From assembly GCA_964291625.2 (NCBI GenBank), contig OZ220089.1:4000001-4064000 (forward strand): a stretch of 64,000 nucleotides of DNA. The letters are read 5' to 3'. This DNA comes from Candidatus Latescibacterota bacterium. GTDB lineage: Bacteria > Latescibacterota > UBA2968 > UBA8231. The notes below the pieces were generated by a model. It searched no databases and was not told where the DNA came from. It worked only from the letters and a program-made list of their open reading frames with translations. A program made the position numbers and the translations under genes. Positions 8,844-18,206 of this stretch are shown here, one piece after another (the stretch's first letter is position 1; every line of letters starts with the position of its first letter).

Positions 8844-11186
8844 ATGATGCCCGGACGCGGCTCTCGCATCCCCCGCGGCCCCAGGCGCCTCGCCCTCCTC
8901 CTGCTCGCCCCGCCAGCCCTCGGACTGGCCCTCTACTTCCTCCTGCCATTGCCGCGGCCCCTGTTCCCGCCGGACTACAGCACCCTGATCGTCGACCGCG
9001 AGGGCCGGCTCCTGCGGGCCTTCCTCAACGACGGGCAGCAGTGGTCCTTCCCGCCGGATTCCAGCCTCGCCGTGCCCGCCAAGCTGAGGGCCGCCGTGAT
9101 TCACTTCGAGGACCGGCGCTTCGACCATCACCAGGGCGTCAACCCGATGGCCGTGGCCCGCGCCCTCTACCAGAACGCGGCGGCCGGGGAGGTGCGCAGC
9201 GGCGCCAGCACCCTCACCATGCAGGTGGCGCGGCTCATGCGCCCCAAGCCGCGGACCTGGCTCAACAAGGCCCTCGAGACCCTGCTGGCCGTCAAGATCG
9301 AGCTCTACCGTGACAAGGACGAGATCCTGCGCCTCTACCTGGACCACGCCCCGTACGGCGGCAACGTCGTCGGCTACCAGGCCGCGGCCAGCCGCTACTT
9401 CCGCAAGCGGCCGGAGGAGCTGACCTGGAGCGAGGCCGCCACCCTGGCGGTGCTGCCGAACGCGCCGGGCCTGGTCTCGCCCACCGCCGACCCGCGGCGC
9501 CTGGAGGAGAAGCGGAACCGCCTGCTCGCGAGCCTGCACCGGGCCGGCCGCTTCGATGCCGAGACCCTGACCCTGGCCGCGGCCGAGCCGGTGCCGTCGC
9601 GGCCCTGGTCGCTTCCCGTGGCCGCGCCCCACCTGTCCAGGGCGCTGAAGGGCCGCCACCCCGGCCGACGGGTCCGCACCACCCTGGACGCCGGCCTGCA
9701 GCGGGAGCTGGAGGCCCTGGTGGCGCGGCACCTGGGCTACCTCGATCACCTGGGCATCGGCAACGGCGCGGCCCTGCTGGTGGAGACCGGCAGCGGCGAG
9801 GTCCGCGCCTACGTCGGGTCGCGGGACTTCTTCGACGCCGAGCACCAGGGGCAGGTGGACGGCGTCACGGCGCCGCGGTCCTCGGGATCGCTGCTCAAGC
9901 CGTTCCTCTACGCCCTGAGCATCGACGAGGGCCTGGTCCTGCCCGGTACCCTGGTGAAGGACGTGCCCACCTTCTACCAGGGCTTCTCGCCCCGCAACGC
10001 CGACGAGAGCTACGACGGCCTGGTGCGCGCCGACGAGGCCCTGGTGCGCTCCCTCAACGTCCCCGCCGTGCGCCTGCTGCGGCGCTACGGCCTGTTCGGC
10101 TTCCACCGCTTCCTGCAGGACGCCGGCGTCTCCACCCTCGTGCGCACCGCAGACGACTACGGCCTGCCCCTGATCCTCGGCGGCGCCGAGGTCACCCTCC
10201 GGGACATGGCCCGTCTCTACCGGGGCCTGGCCCGGGGCGGGCGGGTCGAGCCCCTGCGATGGCTGCGCGGGGCGGGGGAACCGGAGCCCCGGCCGGCGCC
10301 CCTCTTCAGCGCCGGCGCCGCCTGGCTCGTCCTGGAGACCCTGCGCGAGGTGCGGCGCCCCGGGGTCGAGTACTACTGGCACCAGTACGAGGACCAGTGG
10401 CCCCTGGCCTGGAAGACGGGCACCAGCTACGGCCAGCGCGACGCCTGGGCCGTGGGGGTCAGCCCCTCGTGGACGATCGCCGTCTGGCTCGGCAACTTCA
10501 CCGGCGAGGGCAACCCCGAGCTGAGCGGGGCCCGCGCCGCCGGCCCCCTGCTCTTCGACATCTTCCAGCGCGTCCCCAGGGACCGGGATCTCGCCTGGTT
10601 CCCCCGGCCCTCGGCGGAGCTGGCCGCGGTGGACCTCTGCCTCGACAGCGGCCGGCCCGTCAATCCCCACTGCCCCCGTCCGACCGCGGCCTCGAGGCCG
10701 CGTCACATGCGGCCCATGGAGCGCTGCTCCTTTCACAGCGGGGTGGTCCTCAACGGGGCCGGGACCCGCCAGGTCTGCTCCCTGTGCTGGGCGCCGGGCG
10801 ACCACCGGCCGGGGAGGCAGACGGTCTATCCGGCCGAAGTGGTGCAGTACCTCCGGGAGCGGGGGCAGGCCCTGCAGGCCCCGCCGCCGCACGCGGAGGA
10901 CTGCCCGGCGCAGCTCGAGGCCCGGCCCCTGCAGGTCCTCTACCCGACGCCGGGGGCGCGCCTGCAGGCCGGCCGGGACTTCGACGGCGAGCGCCAGCGG
11001 ATCGTCCTGCGCGCCGCCCACGGCGACCGCGGGCGGGCCCTGTTCTGGTACGTGAACCGCCGCTTCCTGGGCCGCACCGTGGACCGGCACCGGCTGGCCG
11101 TGGACCTGGAGCCGGGCCTCTACGCGCTCGAGGTCGTCGACGCCCACGGCTTCCGGGACCGGGTGGGGTTCCAGGTGATGCGGTAG
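8844..11186 (+). CDS. pbpC: Penicillin-binding protein 1C
   Basis: Transglycosylase motifs (FEDRRF, GASTLTMQVAR), transpeptidase motifs SLLK, SLN and KTG, and the PBP1C C-terminal domain. Confidence 0.93.
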   Translation: MMPGRGSRIPRGPRRLALLLLAPPALGLALYFLLPLPRPLFPPDYSTLIVDREGRLLRAFLNDGQQWSFPPDSSLAVPAKLRAAVIHFEDRRFDHHQGVNPMAVARALYQNAAAGEVRSGASTLTMQVARLMRPKPRTWLNKALETLLAVKIELYRDKDEILRLYLDHAPYGGNVVGYQAAASRYFRKRPEELTWSEAATLAVLPNAPGLVSPTADPRRLEEKRNRLLASLHRAGRFDAETLTLAAAEPVPSRPWSLPVAAPHLSRALKGRHPGRRVRTTLDAGLQRELEALVARHLGYLDHLGIGNGAALLVETGSGEVRAYVGSRDFFDAEHQGQVDGVTAPRSSGSLLKPFLYALSIDEGLVLPGTLVKDVPTFYQGFSPRNADESYDGLVRADEALVRSLNVPAVRLLRRYGLFGFHRFLQDAGVSTLVRTADDYGLPLILGGAEVTLRDMARLYRGLARGGRVEPLRWLRGAGEPEPRPAPLFSAGAAWLVLETLREVRRPGVEYYWHQYEDQWPLAWKTGTSYGQRDAWAVGVSPSWTIAVWLGNFTGEGNPELSGARAAGPLLFDIFQRVPRDRDLAWFPRPSAELAAVDLCLDSGRPVNPHCPRPTAASRPRHMRPMERCSFHSGVVLNGAGTRQVCSLCWAPGDHRPGRQTVYPAEVVQYLRERGQALQAPPPHAEDCPAQLEARPLQVLYPTPGARLQAGRDFDGERQRIVLRAAHGDRGRALFWYVNRRFLGRTVDRHRLAVDLEPGLYALEVVDAHGFRDRVGFQVMR

Positions 11187-11229
11187 AGGGAAGGGCCCGC
11201 CACGGTCTACCGCAGTTCGCGGAAGATGA

Positions 11230-11266
11230 TCTTGCAAATCCACTCTCCCATATTAGATTTGCAAGA
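11230..11266 (+). promoter_or_regulatory. Sigma70-like promoter overlapped by an 11-bp perfect inverted repeat (putative operator)
   Basis: TCTTGCAAATC-N15-GATTTGCAAGA. Candidate -35 TTGCAA at 11232 and -10 TAGATT at 11254. Confidence 0.55.
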
Positions 11267-11287
11267 ATTCTGAGAAATCCGCAGGAC

Positions 11288-12517
11288 ATGCCCTATCTCG
11301 AGCGACACCTGACTCGAACCGTCCACCGGGCGGCGGCCACCTTCCCCGCCGTGTTGATCACCGGTGCCCGCCAGACGGGGAAGACCACCTTGCTGCGCCG
11401 GGAGTTCGGCGCCTCCCACCGTTATCTCTCCCTCGAACGGCCCGACGTCCGGGCGCGGGCCCAGGCCGACCCGGTCGCCTTCCTCGCCGAGGCCGCGCCG
11501 CCGGCGATCCTCGACGAGATCCAGTACGCGCCGGAGCTGCTCCACTACGTCAAGGACGACATCGACGACAACCGCATCCCGGGCCGCTGGCTCCTGACGG
11601 GGTCGCAGAGCCTGGCCCTCATGGAAGGCCTGAGCCAGACCCTGTCGGGGCGCGTCGCCGTCCTCACCCTGGACCCGCTCTCCACGGCGGAGGTCGAGCA
11701 GCGGCCCCCGCCCTCCGGGATCGATGATCTGCTGGAGAAGGTGTTCGACGGGGCTTCCGCGGAGAACGGGCGGCGGAGGCCGATCGACCTGGCGGACTGG
11801 CTCCTGCGCGGCGGCTTTCCGGAGCCCCGGGCCAACCCGCAGGTGGACCGGCAGGTCTGGTTCGGCAGCTACGTCCAGACCTACCTCGAACGCGACGTGC
11901 GAGATCTCGCCCAGATCGCCGACCTGGGCGCCTTCACCCGCTTCCTCATGCTCGCCGGCGCCCGCACGGGCACCACCCTCAACATGACCGAGATCGGAGG
12001 CGAAGTCGGCGTCGGCGGGCCCACGATCCGCCGCTGGCTCTCGGTGCTGGAAGCCAGCCAGATCATCCATCTGCTGCAGCCGTACTACCGAAACCTGGGC
12101 AAGCGGCAGCGGAAGAGCCCCCGTCTCTTCCTGACCGATCCCGGGCTGGCCACCTTCTTCCTCGGCCTCCACGGGGCCGAACCGGTGCTCCAGGGACCCG
12201 CCCTCGGGCCCCTGGTGGAAACGGCCGTGGTGGGGGAGTGGCTGAAGGCCTTCCGGCAGCAGGGCGAGCGACCGAACCTGTACTACTGGCAGTCGAACAC
12301 GATCGCCGAGGTCGATCTCGTCATCGAGCGCGGCGGCCTCCTCTACGGGGTCGAGGTCAAGGCCACGGCCACCCCCACCCCGGGGCACGCCGAGGGCCTG
12401 GCGCGCTGGCTGGCCCTCGCCGGCCCCGAAGCCCGCGGCGTGCTGGCCTGCCGCGTCGAGACGCCGCACACCTTGCGGCCGGGTATCCGCGCCGTCCCCT
12501 GGCATCTCGCCTGGTAG
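11288..12517 (+). CDS. AAA_14 ATPase with DUF4143 domain (COG1373)
   Basis: Walker A GARQTGKT, Walker B ILDEIQ, LTGSQ, YLERDV, KSPRLFLTDPG, EVD...GVEVK. Confidence 0.9.
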   Translation: MPYLERHLTRTVHRAAATFPAVLITGARQTGKTTLLRREFGASHRYLSLERPDVRARAQADPVAFLAEAAPPAILDEIQYAPELLHYVKDDIDDNRIPGRWLLTGSQSLALMEGLSQTLSGRVAVLTLDPLSTAEVEQRPPPSGIDDLLEKVFDGASAENGRRRPIDLADWLLRGGFPEPRANPQVDRQVWFGSYVQTYLERDVRDLAQIADLGAFTRFLMLAGARTGTTLNMTEIGGEVGVGGPTIRRWLSVLEASQIIHLLQPYYRNLGKRQRKSPRLFLTDPGLATFFLGLHGAEPVLQGPALGPLVETAVVGEWLKAFRQQGERPNLYYWQSNTIAEVDLVIERGGLLYGVEVKATATPTPGHAEGLARWLALAGPEARGVLACRVETPHTLRPGIRAVPWHLAW

Positions 12518-12644
12518 GCGGGGCGCTGCGACGGCCCGGCGCACCGGGCTGGCAGGCTACGGCGACTCCGGCCAATACCTGGCGCCTGCATCCGGAGGCG
12601 GTCGAGCTGACCGCCTTGTGCGACAGTCGGGCCTCGCGGCCTGC

Positions 12645-13388
12645 TCAGAGCTTCAGCAGGCGCCGGGCGTTGCCGCCGAGGATCAGGCGCTTGTCGTCGT
12701 CGCTGATGTCGGCGGTGATGATCTTGCCCAGCTGCGCCCGGGGGTCCATCAGGGGGATGTCGGAGCCGAAGAGGACCCGCTCGGCGCCGGCTTCCTCCAC
12801 GAGCTGCTCGATCACCCCCGGCGTGCGGAAGGTGGAGCAGGTCTCCAGGTAGACGTTGGGATGCTCCAGGGCGACGTCGATCGCCTGGCGGCGCATGGGC
12901 GGACAGTTGCCGGAGTGTCCGGAGACGAAGCGGGCGCCGGGGAAGCGCCCCACCACCTCCCCCATGTACCGGGGGAAGGACCCGGGCTCGATCCCCGTGT
13001 GCCACAGCACGACCAGCCCCCGGTCGTCGGCGAACTCGTAGATCGGCCACCAGGCGGGGTCGCTGAGCGGCGGGTCGACGAAGGGCGGGTAGAGCTTGAT
13101 GCCCTTCAGGCCGAGCCGGTCGATAGCCCGCTCCAGCTCGGGGACGATCGTCTCCGGCATCAGGGGGGAGACGTAGGCGAAGCCGAGGAGGCGGTCGGGA
13201 TGGGCGGCCACGAGGGAGGCGGTGAGGTCGTTGGCCCGCCGGCCCTCGGGGTGCCAGATGTCGAACAGGACCGACCGGTCGATGCCGACCGCGTCCATGG
13301 CCGGGAACAGCAGCTCCGGGTCGAGGTGGGCGACGCCCCAGCGCCCCGGATGGCCGTGGAAGTCGATCACCTCCGAGCCGTCGATCAT
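12645..13388 (-). CDS. Amidohydrolase_2 family metallohydrolase
   Basis: IDFHGH, GIKLYP, LWHTG, GHSG and FGSD motifs. Confidence 0.85.
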   Translation of the reverse strand: MIDGSEVIDFHGHPGRWGVAHLDPELLFPAMDAVGIDRSVLFDIWHPEGRRANDLTASLVAAHPDRLLGFAYVSPLMPETIVPELERAIDRLGLKGIKLYPPFVDPPLSDPAWWPIYEFADDRGLVVLWHTGIEPGSFPRYMGEVVGRFPGARFVSGHSGNCPPMRRQAIDVALEHPNVYLETCSTFRTPGVIEQLVEEAGAERVLFGSDIPLMDPRAQLGKIITADISDDDKRLILGGNARRLLKL

Positions 13389-14179
13389 CGGGCGCCTCCT
13401 TCCAGCAGGCGTTCCAGGTTGCCGCTGCACACGGCCCGCAGGGTCGCCTCGTCGAAGCCGACGTGGTGGATGTAGTAGAGCATGGGGCCCATGGCCAGGC
13501 GCGGATAGAAGGAGCCGTAGAGGAAGCGGTCGGCCCCGAACTCGGCGGCGAGCACCTCGAGCTCCCGCAGGACCTCGTAGCGGCTCAGCTCCAGGCGGGC
13601 GCGGGTGAGCTTCAGGAAGGGCCGCACGTAGTAGGAGTGCACGAAGTGGAGTCCGAGGAGGACGGTCACCAGGTCGGGGAAGGCCCGCAGGATCCCCATC
13701 ACCTCCGTGACCGGCGTGTTCTTGCGCACCATCCACGAGGGGTCCCAGGTGTCGTGCAGGGAGATCCACACGGGGATGCCCTCGGCCTGCAGCCACTCCA
13801 GCAGATCGCCGTAGACCCAGTCGACGAAAGGCACGTTGGCGGCCCCCGAGTCGTGGATGCGCACGCTGCTGACCCGGCCCTCGGCGTGCAGCTGCTGCAG
13901 CTGCTTGAGGTTGTCCGGCTCCGGGCTCGCCATCCACTGGGGGATGAAGGCGTCCTCGTGGCCGTCGAGCCACTCGTGCAGGAAGTCGTTGCCCGTGACG
14001 GCGCTGAGGCTCTCCCCGTGCTGGTGGTGGATGACGGCGCGCTCGACGCCGTGGCGGTTCAGCTCGGCGCGCAGCGCCTCCGGGGTGTCGACGGGGGCCG
14101 GCCGCAGATGCGAGTGCCCGACGCCGACGTTGGCGTCGATGACCGGAACCCGGGCCCGGAAGCTCAACTCGCTCGTCAA
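13385..14179 (-). CDS. Amidohydrolase-fold protein with degenerate metal ligands
   Basis: VIDANVGVG and FGADRFLYGSFYP. Probable TTG start at 14179; the stop overlaps the next ATG. Confidence 0.7.
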   Translation of the reverse strand: MTSELSFRARVPVIDANVGVGHSHLRPAPVDTPEALRAELNRHGVERAVIHHQHGESLSAVTGNDFLHEWLDGHEDAFIPQWMASPEPDNLKQLQQLHAEGRVSSVRIHDSGAANVPFVDWVYGDLLEWLQAEGIPVWISLHDTWDPSWMVRKNTPVTEVMGILRAFPDLVTVLLGLHFVHSYYVRPFLKLTRARLELSRYEVLRELEVLAAEFGADRFLYGSFYPRLAMGPMLYYIHHVGFDEATLRAVCSGNLERLLEGGAR

Positions 14180-14270
14180 GGGGAGGCTCTCCTGTTCGGG
14201 GGGCGTGCTGGAGCGAAAGGTAGTGGTTTCAGGCGGCGGGGATGCTGCGGCCGACGACGGCGCGCCAGGG

Positions 14271-14304
14271 TTGACGTAGCATGACATCCGTGCTACCATG
14301 TCAT
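14271..14304 (+). promoter_or_regulatory. higBA promoter and operator, probably leaderless
   Basis: TTGACG-N17-TACCAT ending 6 bp before the GTG start. Inverted repeats ATGACA/TGTCAT and GTAGCA/TGCTAC. Confidence 0.6.
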
Positions 14305-14305
14305 A

Positions 14306-14602
14306 GTGATCCAGTCGTTCCGCAACCCGGGTACCGAAGACATCTACCACGGTCGCGACACCCGGGCTGCTCGACGTGCATGCCCTGCGTCGCTCGCGAG
14401 GCTGGCGGCGCGCAAGCTCGACCAGCTCGAGGCCGCCGAGGTGCTGGGTGACCTGCGGATTCCGCCCGGCAACAGGCTTGAGGCTTTGCGCGGAGACCGA
14501 AGAGGGCAGCACAGCATCCGCATCAACGAGCAGTACCGGATCTGCTTCCGCTGGACCGACGCCGGACCCAGCGATGTCGAGATCGTCGACTACCACCGTT
14601 GA
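14306..14602 (+). CDS. higB: HigB toxin (RelE/ParE superfamily)
   Basis: DLRIPPGNRLEALRGDRRGQHSIRINEQYRICFRW...VEIVDYH. Confidence 0.93.
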   Translation: MIQSFRNPGTEDIYHGRDTRAARRACPASLARLAARKLDQLEAAEVLGDLRIPPGNRLEALRGDRRGQHSIRINEQYRICFRWTDAGPSDVEIVDYHR

Positions 14603-14925
14603 GGAGAGAGATGGTGCGCATCCCGACCCACCGTGAACCGACCCACCCGGGCGAGATGTTGCTCGAGGAGTTCCTGCGGCCGATGGGCGTCACCCAGCGG
14701 CAACTGGCCGACGCGATCCATGTGCCCTACCAGCGGATCAACGAGCTGGTCAACGGCCGGCGCGGCATCACGCCGAGCACGGCCCTGCGCCTGGGGAAGT
14801 TCTTCGGCATGACGCCGGGATTCTGGCTGAACCTGCAGGCTCGCTGGGACCTGTACCGAGCCCAGCGCACCGAAGAGGCCGCTCTGGCGGGCATCCAGCC
14901 GATGGCCCCCAGCCGCCGCGACTGA
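14599..14925 (+). CDS. higA: HigA antitoxin (XRE HTH)
   Basis: PTHPGEMLLEEFL...GRRGITPSTALRLGKFFGMTPGFWLNLQARWDL. Alternative ATG at 14611. Confidence 0.93.
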   Translation: MRREMVRIPTHREPTHPGEMLLEEFLRPMGVTQRQLADAIHVPYQRINELVNGRRGITPSTALRLGKFFGMTPGFWLNLQARWDLYRAQRTEEAALAGIQPMAPSRRD

Positions 14926-14971
14926 CTGGAACTGGAGGCGTTGATGACCCCGTGGGGGGGCGAGGACGACT

Positions 14972-15199
14972 TCACCGGCCTCGATCGTCATAGCTCTGGT
15001 TGCGCGACCAGGTGGGAGAGCGGCTCCCGGTCTCCACCGTGATCCAGTCCAGCCCGGACTGCTCCTCGGGAGGGGCCGTACGCGCTGCGCGCTCGAGGAT
15101 GGCGCGGAGTTCCTCTTGAAGGGACCGGCGGTGGCCCCTTGCCAGGCGCTGGAGGGCCGCCAGGGTGGCTTCTTCGATACCTCGGATGTGGATCGATTT
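14972..15199 (-). pseudogene. FitA-like RHH antitoxin copy lacking its start codon, overlapping the first codons of a PIN toxin
   Basis: Colinear diverged copy of 18203-18433 (KSIHIRGIEEATLAALQRLARGHRRSLQEELRAIL) with GGA at the ATG position. Overlapping MTIEAGEVVLA starts at 14991. Confidence 0.75.
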
Positions 15200-15369
15200 T
15201 CCGGATCGCCCGCAGCGGCTACCACGGCCCTCCCGCGAACTTCACGGCCCGGCCCCTGGGCACCACCTTCCTTCATCTGCTACTGGCTCGACAAGGGCCG
15301 GCAGTCCGACGGCAGCATGATCTACAGCCGCACCCTGGGACGAGGTCCCGGCCTGAGGAGGAAAACGAG

Positions 15370-16335
15370 ATGCCGAATGATCGACTGCGCGTCGCCATCT
15401 GGCTCGACGAGCTGGACCTGTCCCTCGACGAGGGGCTGCAGGTGGCCGTGGACCTGGGCAGCGAGTACGTGTGGTTCTCGCGTCTCCCCGGGGAGACGCC
15501 GGTCCCGGAGATGACCGACGCCGAGGCGGACGACATGGCCCGGCGCGTCCACGCCCGGGGCCGAAAGCTGTTCACCCTCGGCGCCGGCCACGCCTTCCAC
15601 GACCTGCGAATGACGGACCTGTCCCCGGGTCGACTGCGGGAGCACGAGGTCTTCCGCCGCGACTTCGACGCCGTCGTGCGGACGATGGAGATCGCCGCCC
15701 GCTTCGGCGTCGGCGCCGTGACGACCCACGGCCTGCTGTGGCCCGGCGAGTGGACGGACTGGCCGGATACCTGGTCGCGCTCCCCCGGCTGGCCGATGCG
15801 CTGGGCCACCGGCGGCGGCATCGTCTCGGAGACCGAGCTCCGGGGCCTGGTCGAGATCTTCGGCGAGCTCCTCGATAGGGCCGAGAAGCACGGCGTCGAC
15901 CTGATGGTCAATCAGAGGCCGTTCCACTACACGAACACGACGGGACACTTCCAGCAGCTTGCCGAGCGGCTGGACTCCCCCCGTCTGAAGGCCTTCTGGG
16001 GCCCCGCCGACAACGTGCTGTCGGGCGAGCGCGAGGTGCCCACGAAGGGGTACGACCGCCTGCGGCCCCTGCTGGCGGCCCTGCACCTGAAGGACGTGCA
16101 GGTCCACGACGGAGCCGGCGGCGAGTTCGCCTGGCGGCCGATCGGTGAGGGCGAGGTGGGTTACTCGACGGTCTTCCGCCGCCTCGTCGAGGACGGCAGC
16201 GACGCCGTGCTGGCCGTGGCCACCCACTTCCTGCCGCCCGGCGCCGGCACCCGGACCGAGGCGATGGCCATCAACCACGCCCGGGTGACGGCCCTGCTCG
16301 AGCAGGTGCGGCGCGAGGTCGAGGCCGAGGGATGA
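15370..16335 (+). CDS. Sugar phosphate isomerase/epimerase (xylose isomerase-like TIM barrel), copy 1
   Basis: LHLKDV and PIGEGEVGY motifs; RBS GAGGA upstream. Confidence 0.8.
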   Translation: MPNDRLRVAIWLDELDLSLDEGLQVAVDLGSEYVWFSRLPGETPVPEMTDAEADDMARRVHARGRKLFTLGAGHAFHDLRMTDLSPGRLREHEVFRRDFDAVVRTMEIAARFGVGAVTTHGLLWPGEWTDWPDTWSRSPGWPMRWATGGGIVSETELRGLVEIFGELLDRAEKHGVDLMVNQRPFHYTNTTGHFQQLAERLDSPRLKAFWGPADNVLSGEREVPTKGYDRLRPLLAALHLKDVQVHDGAGGEFAWRPIGEGEVGYSTVFRRLVEDGSDAVLAVATHFLPPGAGTRTEAMAINHARVTALLEQVRREVEAEG

Positions 16336-16346
16336 TCGACCTGTCC

Positions 16347-16437
16347 GCAGTCTCGGTGGGACCTGTACCGCGCCCAGCGCGATGAAGAGGCCGACCTGGC
16401 GGGCATCCAGCCGATGGCCGCCGCCGGAAACGACTGA
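16347..16437 (+). repeat. Diverged duplicate of the higA 3' end (14835-14925)
   Basis: 91 bp colinear: QSRWDLYRAQRDEEADLAGIQPMAAAGND* versus QARWDLYRAQRTEEAALAGIQPMAPSRRD*. Confidence 0.9.
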
Positions 16438-16469
16438 CATGACGCGCCGCGCCCGGGGCGCGGGGCCTC

Positions 16470-18206
16470 TCACCCCGGGATCACCGGCAGGATCAGCCGG
16501 GAGGGCCGGGCGGCGTCGTGGAAGATCCTCTGGCGCGCCGTCCGCAGTCTCGCCTCCCGGTAGTCGTCGCCCCCGGTGTTGTGGTTGCGGTCGAAGTTCG
16601 GGAAGTCGCTGCTGCTGATGTCCAGGCGGATGCGGTGTCCGGGGCGGAAGAGGTTGCTGGTGGGGTTCACCCGGATGCGAAGCTCGTACGGCCGCTCCGG
16701 CTCCAGGGGGGACGGCTCGTCGAAGGAGTCGCGGTAGCGGCAGCGGAGGATGCCGTGACAGAGCTCCTGGGCGAAGCCGTCGGGCCAGACGTCGATCAGC
16801 TTGGCCACGAAGTCGGTGTCCGGCGCCGAGGAGGCCGCCCACAGCACGACCTCCACCGGACCCGTGACCTCCACCCCCTGCTCGAGGGGCGGCGTCTGGT
16901 AGACCATCACGTCCGGCCGCCCGTCGAGGGCCCGCTGGTCGAGGGGGGCGTGCTGTCCCGCCGGCGTGTAGAGGGTCATCAGCGGGTCCCGCGGATCGTA
17001 CACGTACTCGTCGGCCGGCTCCTCGCGCGGGGCCTCGCGGGACAGGCGGCCGGCGCCGGCCCTCATGTCGGCGTGCCCGTCGCTGTGCAGGAAGTACTCG
17101 GTCGCCCGGGCCCGGGCCAATGGCCAGTCGTCCTCCGAGCGCCACCGGTTGGCGCCCATGACGAACAGCTCCACCGGCGGCCGCTCCGGCTCGCCCGGCG
17201 CGGCCCCCTTCAGCCAGTGGCCGAACCACTCGTCGGCGATGTCGAAGTAGCTGCGCTCGGCCTGCGGGCCGAAGTCGACGTCGCCCACTCGGCGGTCCAG
17301 GTCGACCAGGGTGTGGGTCCAGGGGCCGATGATCAGCCGCTGGCCGGCGCGGGCCCGCTCGGTGCGGCCGTTGGCCCTCATCCCCGTGAACTGCTGGATC
17401 GTGCCGATCTGCTGGTCGTACCAGCCGACCGTGCTCAGGACGGGGACATCCACCTCGGCGTGGCGCTCCTGGAAGCGGAAGTGGTCGGCCGTGTGGTCGT
17501 CGAGCCAGCGGCGCCAGTGGCCGCCCATGCCGGGCATGGCCGCCTCGGGGATGTCGTGGAGGGGCAGGTACCACAGCCACTTGCCGCGGTCGCGCTCGAC
17601 CCACAGCCGCGAGGCCTCGTCGGGGGTCGGCGCCTTCCAGCGGTACCCCAGGCGCCGGGCCGCGTCGACGGAGAGGTTGTTCACCGTCCAGTCGAGGACC
17701 CGGCCGAGGCGCAACACCCCGCCGAGCTCGCGGTCGAGCAGGTTGGCCGCGATCCCGCCGGCGAGCATGCAGACCAGGTGCGGGGGCCGGGTGGTGGCCA
17801 GCTCCCACTGCACCCAGCCGTCGTAGGAGGCGCCGAAGGTGCCGACCCGGCCGTCGGACCCGGGCAGGCCGGCGGCCCACTCGACCGTGTCGTAGCCGTC
17901 CTCGGCGTCGCGGTGGTCGGCGCTGTAGAACCCCGGAAGGAAGTCGCCGTCCGAGGCATGCCTTCCGCGCACGTCCTGGAGGACGACCACGTAGCCGCGC
18001 TCGGCCAGGCGCCGGCCGGTCTCGACCTGCCTCGGGTGGCTCTTGTCGTAGGGCGTGCGGCACAGCAGCACCGGGAAGGCGCCGGGCGCGTCGGGACGGT
18101 AGACGTCAGCGCGCAGGACGGTGCCGTCGCGCATCGCGGCGGCCAGGTTGGTCTCGGCGAGGGCTGGGTGCGTCACGGCGGCGGTATCGGCGAAGGACGA
18201 CCTCAC
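16470..18206 (-). CDS. CocE/NonD family hydrolase
   Basis: MRDGTVLRADVYRP, RTPY, GASYDG nucleophile motif, GWYD, GPWTH and ISSSDFPNFDRN. Start at 18206 or 18176. Confidence 0.92.
   Translation of the reverse strand: MRSSFADTAAVTHPALAETNLAAAMRDGTVLRADVYRPDAPGAFPVLLCRTPYDKSHPRQVETGRRLAERGYVVVLQDVRGRHASDGDFLPGFYSADHRDAEDGYDTVEWAAGLPGSDGRVGTFGASYDGWVQWELATTRPPHLVCMLAGGIAANLLDRELGGVLRLGRVLDWTVNNLSVDAARRLGYRWKAPTPDEASRLWVERDRGKWLWYLPLHDIPEAAMPGMGGHWRRWLDDHTADHFRFQERHAEVDVPVLSTVGWYDQQIGTIQQFTGMRANGRTERARAGQRLIIGPWTHTLVDLDRRVGDVDFGPQAERSYFDIADEWFGHWLKGAAPGEPERPPVELFVMGANRWRSEDDWPLARARATEYFLHSDGHADMRAGAGRLSREAPREEPADEYVYDPRDPLMTLYTPAGQHAPLDQRALDGRPDVMVYQTPPLEQGVEVTGPVEVVLWAASSAPDTDFVAKLIDVWPDGFAQELCHGILRCRYRDSFDEPSPLEPERPYELRIRVNPTSNLFRPGHRIRLDISSSDFPNFDRNHNTGGDDYREARLRTARQRIFHDAARPSRLILPVIPG

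Noticed and set aside
8385-11243. Long antisense or alternate-frame ORFs (also 15322-18063, 25811-29332, 44987-47260 and others)
   Set aside because: These are shadow ORFs of high-GC genes, Arg/Pro/Gly-rich and without motifs.
12560-12630. Fragment resembling a Gfo/Idh/MocA N-terminus (HPEAVELTALCD)
   Set aside because: Too short to assign without a search.
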